NCBI RefSeq assembly: GCF_006345805.1
Contig: NW_021828000.1
Coordinates: forward strand, 1 to 9,167
Reading direction: 5' to 3'
DNA length: 9,167 bases
From: Octopus sinensis
Lineage: Eukaryota
Position 1 is the first letter of the stretch. Each line of letters opens with the position of its first letter. This document shows, piece by piece, positions 1 to 7,820 of this stretch. A program made the position numbers and the translations under genes. The notes below the pieces were generated by a model that was given only the letters and a program-made list of their open reading frames with translations, was not told the origin of the DNA and made no database searches.

Positions 1-65
1 GCTTACACCTTGATTGATATTTGTCTTTTAATTGTACTTCAATATCATATTGTTCCGCACCCGAT

Positions 66-134
66 GTTTTTCTTTTTCCCTTTCTTTTCTTTTCTTTTCT
101 TTTCTTTCTTTCTTTTCGTTCTTTTCTCTTTTTT
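66..134. repeat. (CTTTT)n/(CTTT)n pyrimidine-rich low-complexity tract
   Basis: Read directly: ttttctttttccctttcttttcttttcttttcttttctttctttcttttcgttcttttctcttttt. Confidence 0.9.
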
Positions 135-665
135 ATTGTTATAAAGCACTCTAATAAATACTTCAAACCAAAAATATTTACGTTGTAATCCGGATACGAA
201 TGTGTTTCAGGTAGTCAGGTTTATTAACAAAAGGTAGCCGTAAGAAGATCGTTTGCTCTTCATATAAGACTCGACGCCAATGAAAGGCATCTTGCAAAGT
301 AGAACAGAAGGAAGTTAATTTACCAGACCTACTCCCACCCCGCGTGAGAAGAGATGATGCGGAGATGTACACGTGTTCCTTGAATCATAAATTCACATGT
401 TTCCTTCGCGGATCTTCCAGCTTCTCTTTAAAGTTCTACACAAATATATTGATTGACAGTCCCTCTCATTGGTCCTTTATACATCCTGGTGTTAAAACCA
501 TTTTGATAATGGCGACTGTCTACATATTTATGTAGAATGCGAATATGATGGATTTCTTTGTAAAATACTTTACAGAGTGTTCCAATAATTAGAATTACGA
601 TAAAAAAAAAACAATATTTGAAATCAACTTACATAAATGAGTTGTCATAGCAATTATATATAATT

Positions 666-849
666 GCCATGATAGATCGTTATCCACTACACACATTTTT
701 TCTCTCCTTGTTTTTTCTGTGTCCCTTTCTGTAGAAGAGCGTAGGCTCGAAATGTAAAAGACTTTTTCTATTCCAAGCGTTATACTAATACATCTGTTTG
801 TTTTGTATACCACCTATCTTCGTCTTTTGTTTTTTTCGTAAACTCTCCC
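666..849 (+). mobile_element. 184-bp non-autonomous element carrying a hammerhead-like motif (copy P1), probably Penelope-like pLTR-derived or retrozyme-like
   Basis: Aligns end to end, inverted, with 2221-2433. Flanked by an exact 11-bp direct repeat TATATATAATT at 655-665 and 850-860 (target-site duplication). The family assignment is inferred from the hammerhead fold and the AT-rich TSD. Confidence 0.75.
725..760 (+). ncRNA. Degenerate minimal type I hammerhead ribozyme motif
   Basis: Helix I CTTT(725-728)/AAAG(757-760); core CTGTAGA (729-735) plus extra A (736); helix II GAGC-gtag-GCTC (737-748); GAAA (749-752); TGT-A with putative cleavage after A756. Non-canonical at core position 6 (T instead of A); ACGT appears as ATGT. 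Confidence 0.55.
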
Positions 850-1177
850 TATATATAATTAGATACATGAGAATTATATTAAGCGGAAATAATTCCGGAG
901 TAACGCCGTTAGAAATCGAAGATAGAAAGGTTGAGGAAGATGAAAGAAAATAAATAAAACTAGACTAAAACAAAACAAGATGAAATACAATGGAAACCAA
1001 AGAATATTAGATTACAAGGAGGTATGAGGTGGTTTGGTTTTCTGCAATGAATTTATGGTAATAAAAGTTTAAAAGGTTCCTGGCTGTAAGGACTTAACGG
1101 TATATGAAAGGTTTATGGATATAGAAATAGATATAATTGTAGATTGGGAGATAAATAGACAGAATGAAGGGTAGGTC

Positions 1178-1220
1178 GATAGATAGATAGATAGATAGAT
1201 AGACAGACAGACGGACAGAC
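1178..1220. repeat. (GATA)n-(GACA)n compound tetranucleotide microsatellite
   Basis: gatagatagatagatagatagatagacagacagacggacagac read directly. Confidence 0.95.
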
Positions 1221-1236
1221 TCGTTCGGTATTTTGT

Positions 1237-1392
1237 CTCTCTCACTCTCTCTCCTCTCTCTATATATATATTGCCCATTATATATATATATAATATATAT
1301 ATATATTATATATATATAATATATATATATATAATATATATATAATATATATATATAGATATAATATATTATATATATATATTTATATATTA

Positions 1393-1429
<37 letters not shown>

Positions 1430-1497
1430 CTATATAATATATATATATAATATACATACATACATACTACATACACACACACACACACGCACACATA
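1237..1497. repeat. Compound (CT)n / degenerate (TA)n / (TACA)n / (CA)n microsatellite
   Basis: Read directly. The right-hand CA/TACA part occupies the position of the internal TA/TG tract of the adjacent minus-strand SINE. Confidence 0.95.
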
Positions 1498-1660
1498 TGG
1501 CGGTGATATTTCAGTTTCCATTTACCAAACCTACTCACAAGGTTTTGATTAGCCCGAAGCAAAAGTTGAAAACACTTGCTCAAGGTTCCACGCAGTGGGA
1601 CTGAACGCAGACCATGCGGTTGGGAAGCACCCTTCTTACCACACAGACTGGCCCGCACCT
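1498..1660 (-). mobile_element. tRNA-derived SINE, 5' half only (copy A)
   Basis: Reverse complement ggtgcgggccagtctgtgtggtaag...gttcagtcccactgcgtggaaccttgagcaagtg...ccttgtgagtaggtttggtaaatggaaactgaaa aligns with copies at 3275-3624 and 3673-4083. The 3' half is not present beyond the microsatellite. Confidence 0.88.
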
Positions 1661-1791
1661 CACAATTATAACGAAACTATTTTTGGTGTAAAGCGTTTTA
1701 GCAAAGAGTTGATAAAAACGCCAGAAAAAGATACGAGTTAAGAGCAATTATAAGAGGAAATAGATACAGCTAAAGCGCATCTAAGTTGGAA

Positions 1792-2195
1792 AGGCATGGC
1801 TGTGTGGTTAAGCATGTGTTTTGGGGATCAGTTCCATTGCACGGCACCTTGGGCAAGTGCATTCTTACTATAGCCCCGGGGCGACCTATGCATTGGGAGA
1901 AAATTTGGTAAGCTGAAACTCTGTGGAAGCTCCTTGTGTTTGTGTATGTGTGCATATGTCTGTGTGTCTCCACCGACTCAACCACCGACTGACAAACCGG
2001 TGTTCGTTTGCTTATGACCAACCCTCCACAACCTCCGTAACTTAAAGGTTCGGCAAAAGAAAACCGATGAAATACATACCAAATTTACAAAATAGAAACA
2101 AAACCTAAGTACCGGTCTGTTCGACCAATACCCTTCGCGAAGTGCCCCAGCATTGCCGCAATCCAATGACTGAAACAAATAAAAAGATAAAAGAT
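1792..2195 (+). mobile_element. tRNA-derived SINE, near full length and diverged (copy B)
   Basis: A-box-like TGGCTGTGTGG (1797-1807), deletion in the anticodon-arm region, ggcaccttgggcaagtg core, internal TG tract, ccgtaacttaaaggttcggcaaaaga, and 3' tail aatgactgaaacaaataaaaagataaaagata matching the other copies. Confidence 0.9.
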
Positions 2196-2220
2196 ATATG
2201 TGTATATATATATATATAAC

Positions 2221-2433
2221 GGGAAGGTTTACGAAAATAAGCAAAAGACGAAGGCAAGTGGAGTACAAGCAAACAAATGTATTAGTATGGCGCTCGGGAA
2301 TAGAAATAGAACAAGTCTTTTACGTTTCGAGCCTACGCTCTTCGAAGAAAGATACACAGAAAGAAAAACAAGGAGAGAGAGAACAAGAAGGAGAGAAAAA
2401 AAATGCGTGTAGCAGCTAACGATCTATAATGGC
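2221..2433 (-). mobile_element. 213-bp non-autonomous element carrying a hammerhead-like motif (copy P2)
   Basis: Inverted homologue of 666-849 with the same termini. Flanked by TATATATATAAC (2209-2220) and TATAATATATAAC (2434-2446), a TSD with one inserted base. Longer than P1 mainly through an expanded GA-rich internal segment. Confidence 0.75.
2316..2352 (-). ncRNA. Degenerate minimal type I hammerhead ribozyme motif
   Basis: Minus strand reads TCTTT CTTCGAA GAGC-gtag-GCTC GAA ACGT A AAAGA: 5-bp helix I TCTTT/AAAGA, 4-bp helix II, palindromic ACGT helix III, GUA cleavage triplet. The core is one base shorter than in P1 (G5 missing). Confidence 0.55.
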
Positions 2434-2446
2434 TATAATATATAAC

Positions 2447-2776
2447 ACATACATACACATACATACATACATAATACATACATACATACATGCATAAATA
2501 CATTACATACAATACACACATACATACATACATAATACATAATACATACATTACATACATACATCATACATACATACACACATGCATACATACATACTAC
2601 ATACATACACACATACATACATACATTACATACATACATACACACATACATACATACACACATACATACACACATACATACATACACACATACATACACA
2701 CATACATACATACACACATACATACACACATACATACATACATACATACATACATACAAAAATACATACATACATA
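2447..2776. repeat. Long (TACA)n/(CA)n microsatellite, ~330 bp
   Basis: Read directly; source of the MYVC/HTYI pseudo-ORFs. Confidence 0.97.
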
Positions 2777-2978
2777 TGTTTGTTGTCGTCAGGCTTCCGC
2801 TTCACACGCCAGCTTAACTTGTTCTTATTAGTCGAAGGACACCTGTTGTTATCCGTGCTGCTTGTATTTGTAATCGTGTAACAATTTCTCCATTTCCTCG
2901 TTTTGTTTTTTTAATCCGTATTGTCGTTCCTATTCACTCGTTTTCTTCCAAAAATGTAATGCCTACCAAAGAGTAAAA

Positions 2979-3134
2979 TATATATATATTGTGTGTGTGT
3001 GTGTACATATATGTATATAATGCATATATGTATGTATATATCTACCTGTATATATATACATATATCTATACATACATATATACATACATACATTGCGTTC
3101 TTGTCCCAGTTTGTACTTTTTACACACACACACA

Positions 3135-3206
<72 letters not shown>

Positions 3207-3228
3207 CTATATATATATATATATGTAG

Positions 3229-3274
<46 letters not shown>
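2979..3274. repeat. Compound (TA)n/(TG)n/(TACA)n/(CA)n microsatellites with long (TA)n runs
   Basis: Read directly; one short unique interruption near 3093-3120. Confidence 0.95.
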
Positions 3275-3278
<4 letters not shown>

Positions 3279-3624
3279 TTCCATTTCGGTTCCCACTGCG
3301 TGGCACCTTGGGCAAGGGTCTTCTACTATATCCTCGGGCTGACCAAAGCATTGTGAGTGGATATTTGGTAGACAGAAACTGAAAGAAGCCCGTCGTTTAT
3401 ATATACATTTGTGTGTTTGTGTCTGTCCCTCCACCATTGCTTGACAACCGATCTTGGTGTGTTTACGTCCCCGTAACTTAGCGGTTCGGCAAAAAGGACC
3501 GACGGAATAAGTACCAGGCTTGCAAAGAATAAGTCCAGGGTCCGATTTCTTCGACTACAACAAAAGCCGGTGCTCCAGCATGGCCACAGTCAAAATGACT
3601 GAAACAAGTTAAAGAATAAAAGAA
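3275..3624 (+). mobile_element. tRNA-derived SINE, 5'-truncated (copy C)
   Basis: Starts at atggttcc directly after (TA)n; then tcccactgcgtggcaccttgggcaag...gaaactgaaagaagcccgtcg, a TA/TG tract, and 3' tail gtgctccagcatggccacagtcaaaatgactgaaacaagttaaagaataaaagaa. The A box is absent. Confidence 0.95.
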
Positions 3625-3630
3625 TATCAA

Positions 3631-3631
<1 letters not shown>

Positions 3632-3670
<39 letters not shown>
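3632..3670. repeat. (TA)n tract forming the spacer between inverted SINEs C and D
   Basis: Read directly. Confidence 0.95.
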
Positions 3671-3672
3671 CC

Positions 3673-4083
3673 CTTTTACTCTTTTGCTCTTTTACTTGTT
3701 TCAGTCATTTGACTGCGGCCATGCTGGAGCACCGCCTTTAGTCGACCAAATCGACCCCAGCACTTATTCTTTGTAAACCTGGTAATTATTCTATCGGTCT
3801 CTTTTGCCGAACCGCTAAGTTACAGGGACATAAACTCACCAGCATCGGTTGTCAAGCGATGTTGGGGGTGGTGTGGCAAACACAGACACATAAACACGCA
3901 CATACATATATATATACATATACATATATACGACGGGCTTCTTTCAGTTTCCGTCTACCAAATCCACTCACAAGGCTTTGGTCGGCCCGAGGCTATAGTA
4001 GAAGACACTCGCCCAAGGTGCCACGCAGTGGGAGTGAACCCGGAACCATGTTGTTGGTAGGCAAGCTACTTACCACACAGCTA
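3673..4083 (-). mobile_element. tRNA-derived SINE, near full length and well conserved (copy D)
   Basis: Minus strand: tagctgtgtggtaagtagcttgcctaccaacaacatggttccgggttcactcccactgcgtggcaccttgggcgagtgtcttc...gactgaaacaagtaaaagagcaaaagagtaaaag. Has A-box- and B-box-like motifs and a short tandem-repeat tail. Confidence 0.96.
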
Positions 4084-4085
4084 AT

Positions 4086-4088
<3 letters not shown>

Positions 4089-4154
<66 letters not shown>

Positions 4155-4184
4155 GTATCTATGTATGTAGTATACACACACACA
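4089..4184. repeat. (TA)n-(TATG)n-(CA)n microsatellite
   Basis: Read directly. Confidence 0.95.
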
Positions 4185-4327
4185 TCTGAAATAGTCACAT
4201 TTGATATGTAAATATTTTAGTACATATAAACATTATAGCAGGATTTTATTTTCAATTTAATTCGTTAGATTATGTGATTATATGACAAAATACATACTCT
4301 ATAAGGGCTTATGTAATAACACACTCA

Positions 4328-4332
4328 CATAC

Positions 4333-4363
<31 letters not shown>

Positions 4364-4404
4364 CATACATACATACATACATACATACATGCATACATGC
4401 ATAC
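4328..4404. repeat. (CATA)n microsatellite
   Basis: Read directly. Confidence 0.95.
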
Positions 4405-4909
4405 AGCGAATATATGCATGCGTGTATGCGCATATAGACCCATACACACAGCTTAACTAAAGAGCTTAACATACCGAGACACACATAACCAAATTCGTAA
4501 AGCGAAACACAATACAACGCCAACACATCCGCATACTTAGTGCCATACATATTCATATAACCGCCAATCACGACAATTATATACACACACACTCATTCAC
4601 ACACACTCTCTTTCTCTCTCTCACTCTCTCTCTCAGACATACACATACACACTCACACTAGCGTGCGCGAGTAAATACCTAAGTCGTTATATATGCCACC
4701 CAGATAGATCAACAGACCACACATACATACACATATGTATGTATGCCTCATACATACACGCCCGCGCACGCACATACAACCATGTATATGTGAGTGGTTG
4801 TCAATCCATTTTATTGCAGATGCACATACCCGTATCAAATAGATCGGGTGGGCGCCTGTATTCACGGATACATCCAATCTTTCTGTAGCTAACACAAACA
4901 TCCTTTACA

Positions 4910-4912
<3 letters not shown>

Positions 4913-4948
<36 letters not shown>
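4913..4948. repeat. Perfect (TA)n microsatellite
   Basis: Read directly. Confidence 0.97.
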
Positions 4949-4951
<3 letters not shown>

Positions 4952-5119
4952 TCTGCTGATTATATCAAAGACACATGCACATTGGTACATAGGCACATGT
5001 ATATACACACACTCGTACACCAGGTTGCATGTACATCAAATTAACCTCTTTCGTAAAAATATGCCAGATAAACACAGACATATACACCGGCTTAACAAAT
5101 ACAACCACATAGCGCAACC

Positions 5120-5512
5120 TATATAATATACATGTATATATGTATGTATATATATATATATAGTATATATATATATTATAGTATAATATATATAATATAT
5201 ATATATATATAATATATATAATATATATATATATATATTATATATAATATGTATATATATATTCAAATACACACACTGATTAAACACGCATACATACATA
5301 CATACATACATACATACATACATACATACACGAAGTATGAACCAAACGTACAGACATTCAACGCACGCACATATACAATACACACACACATACGCACACA
5401 AGTATATACACCCACCCATACGCATACACACAACACAAGCCATCATCTAAGTATAAAATATCCAACATACGCTAATTCGATCTCTCATGCTTACATACAC
5501 ACAAAGACACAC

Positions 5513-5543
<31 letters not shown>

Positions 5544-5771
5544 ACACCACACACACACACATATATTATATTATATATATTATATATATATAATATATAT
5601 ATATATATATCTATATATATATATATATTATATATATATATATAATATAGATATCGATTCAAAAAAGACACACATATACATATACTATTACAAGTGCATA
5701 CTCACACACAAATACGCACGCATGCTATCACAAACACACACAACACACACACACACACACATATACATATA
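5120..5771. repeat. Large compound microsatellite field: degenerate (TA)n, (CATA)n and (CA)n with short unique spacers
   Basis: Read directly; boundaries approximate. Confidence 0.9.
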
Positions 5772-5839
5772 CGATCACACGCAATCACAGGCAAACACAT
5801 CTTAGCTTCCTTCACTCGCTGGCGATGTGAGTGAGCTTT

Positions 5840-6010
5840 ATCCGGAAACCAGACAACACGCCATTGGCCAATTCCCTTCAACTACCTCCTCCTCTTCCTT
5901 CTCCTCCTCCTCCCCCCCTGCTATCAGTTGGCCTTCCGTTGTTTTTGTTTTTGTTTTGTTTTTTTTTTTTACTTTAACTTCCGGGTTCGAGAAACGCGTC
6001 AGGAAATCAG
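5840..6010. promoter_or_regulatory. Possible promoter/enhancer-like island
   Basis: CCGGAA (5842-5847), palindromic ATTGGCCAAT (5863-5872), ACTTCCGG (5977-5984) and CAGGAAAT (6000-6007) within a relatively CpG-containing non-repeat patch. Motif evidence only. Confidence 0.25.
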
Positions 6011-6018
6011 AAGCTTCG

Positions 6019-6260
6019 ACTTTTTGTTTTGTTTTGCTTCTTTTTTTCTTGTTTCTTTTTTTTGCTTTCTATTTTCCTTCTTTCCTTTATCTTCTCTATC
6101 CTCTCTTCTCTTGATATCTTTCTCTCTCTCTCTCCGTCTCTCTCTCTCTCTCTCTCTTCTTTCTTATCTCTATTTCTTTATCCCACTCTTTCTCCGTTTT
6201 GTCTTTATTTTTTTTCAGCTCGATTAGTCGTTTTTTTATCTCTTAATTTTTGTTCCTTTT
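6019..6260 (+). repeat. Long pyrimidine-rich low-complexity tract including (CT)n
   Basis: Read directly; source of F/L/S-rich pseudo-ORFs. Confidence 0.88.
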
Positions 6261-6314
6261 AATAATGTTTTTAATTGATTATATATCTATATATATATAT
6301 ATATATAATATAAT

Positions 6315-6390
6315 AAAGAACATTCAATAGATAAGCAAAATTATATATATATATATATATAATTTTTTGCTTATCTATTTGAATGTCTTT
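6315..6390. repeat. 76-bp near-perfect palindrome centred on (AT)9
   Basis: aaagaacattcaatagataagcaaaa-tt(at)9aa-ttttttgcttatctatttgaatgtcttt. The arms pair with only small bulges. Confidence 0.93.
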
Positions 6391-6417
6391 TTACATACCC
6401 TTCCTTTCTTCTTTTAA

Positions 6418-6427
6418 ACTACTACTA

Positions 6428-6475
<48 letters not shown>

Positions 6476-6510
6476 TCACCCTCACCACCACTACCACCTC
6501 CACCACCACA
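6418..6510. repeat. (ACT)n grading into (ACC)n trinucleotide microsatellite
   Basis: Read directly. Confidence 0.93.
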
Positions 6511-6870
6511 GCCAACCCTATTACTAATACTTTAGCAATAATCCGAGGGGAAGCCTTCTATAAAATCTTCCGTTATGCTAGAAATAACAGTCAAATCTTT
6601 CTCAAATCGCATTCTTCCATCTTAATAAACCTCTCTGGGAGAAAAACTAATGATGGTCACGGATGGTGGATGTCTTTGATCATAGATTTCTTCGATCAAG
6701 ACTGACCAGGGGCTAAACAAACATAAACAACTACAACGACAACAACTCTGGTTACCAAACAATGCCACGATCCATTCCTCAGTGAGACCTCTTCACTAGC
6801 TAGAAATAACAAACAAATTTTCCTTCAGTCATGACCTGCCGCCTTAAAATTATATTGGATATACAGTAAT

Positions 6871-7016
6871 AGGCGCGGACACAGCTGTGGGGTTGAGGGA
6901 CACGCGTTGCAAACACGAGGTTTTGGGTTCACTCCCACCGCACAGTACTTTGAGCGTGTTTTCTATTTAGCTCTCGGCCGACCAATGCTTTGTAAATTTG
7001 TTAAACGGAAACTGTG
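6871..7016 (+). mobile_element. tRNA-derived SINE, diverged 5' half (copy E+)
   Basis: aggcgcggacacagctgtggggttgag...ggttttgggttcactcccaccgcacagtactttgagc...ctcggccgaccaatgctttgtaaatttgttaaacggaaactgtg aligns with the head and core of copies B and D. Confidence 0.8.
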
Positions 7017-7150
7017 AACCAAATCCACTCACAAGGCTTTGGTCAGCTAGAAGCTCAAGTGAAAAACAACCGAGGTGCCACGCAGTGGGACTGAACCCGG
7101 AACCTTGTGGCTGCGAAGCAAACTTTTTACCACACAGCCACGACTGTGCT
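7017..7150 (-). mobile_element. tRNA-derived SINE, 5' half (copy E-)
   Basis: Minus strand: agcacagtcgtggctgtgtggtaaaaagtttgcttcgcagccacaaggttccgggttcagtcccactgcgtggcacctcgg...ctgaccaaagccttgtgagtggatttggtt. Confidence 0.92.
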
Positions 7151-7163
7151 TATATTATTTTAT

Positions 7164-7191
7164 TCTTTCACTTGTTTCGGTCACTTGACTG
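7164..7191 (-). mobile_element. Isolated SINE 3'-tail fragment
   Basis: tctttcacttgtttcggtcacttgactg matches the tail of copy D (tcttttacttgtttcagtcatttgactg) at 25/28. Confidence 0.8.
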
Positions 7192-7251
7192 TATGTATGT
7201 ATGTATGTATGTATGTATGTAGGTAGGTATGTATGCCTGTATGTATGTATG
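7190..7251. repeat. (TATG)n microsatellite with TAGG variants
   Basis: Read directly. Confidence 0.95.
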
Positions 7252-7538
7252 CATACCTTTGTCTTGTTGAATATTACAAAATATAACAAAATAAACCATA
7301 TTAAGATGACATAAATACAATATATCTGATAACAGATTCTCAATAATTATGTTAAATATATTTTTTGTAAAATAATTTTTCCTTATTTTCAGTTTAAATA
7401 CTTGTAATATATGTGAAATGCTTATCAAAAGCGAACAAAATGCAAATTTCCAATATTTTCGTGTGACTCTGGTTCAGGTGTAGAATGTGAATCATGGTAA
7501 ACCAAAGACTAGAAATAATATTACGATGATGTAAGGCG

Positions 7539-7620
7539 TTTTGACACAGCTGTTATGGCGCCGCCTATTTGGCGTCGTTGATTCAACGCTGACTTATTTG
7601 ACACTAGGCAATTTAATGTC
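7539..7620. repeat. Degenerate ~14-bp tandem minisatellite, 5-6 units, consensus about ATTTGGCGCCGNCT
   Basis: ttttgacacagctg / ttatggcgccgcct / atttggcgtcgttg / attcaacgctgact / (t)atttgacactaggca / atttaatgtc. Confidence 0.55.
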
Positions 7621-7687
7621 TCACTTGTGTTTTCCCCTACCTTTTTGTCTCAATTTCTTTGTCTTTCTGTCTCAAACTGCCTAAGTT

Positions 7688-7766
7688 TCTGTCTCTGTCT
7701 CTGTCTCTCTCTTTCTCTCACTCTATGTATAAGAGCATCTAACAATATTTGTATGTATGTGTAATG

Positions 7767-7806
<40 letters not shown>

Positions 7807-7820
7807 TTTCTTTCACTCTT
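7688..7820. repeat. Two (CT)n/(CTGTCT)n tracts
   Basis: Read directly: 7688-7723 and about 7770-7820. Confidence 0.9.

Noticed and set aside
178-590. Non-repetitive segment with overlapping ORFs 178-372 (-) and 344-535 (+); DDAEMYTC loosely recalls the Ig D-x-G-x-Y-x-C motif
   Set aside because: Both ORFs start at GTG and have nearby upstream in-frame stops, the motif match is partial, and I recognise no protein or convincing splice-site pair. BLASTX and RNA-seq would be needed; a small exon or UTR is not excluded.
2198-5671. Many 60-136 aa ORFs (MYVC-, HTYI-, IYIY-, CVCV-rich)
   Set aside because: They are translations of TACA/TA/CA microsatellites and SINEs, which lack stop codons in some frames. 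No domain-like content.
6418-6705. Stop-free 95-codon frame beginning with poly-Thr
   Set aside because: No start codon near its beginning, a stop immediately upstream, one third is microsatellite, and the rest matches nothing I recognise.
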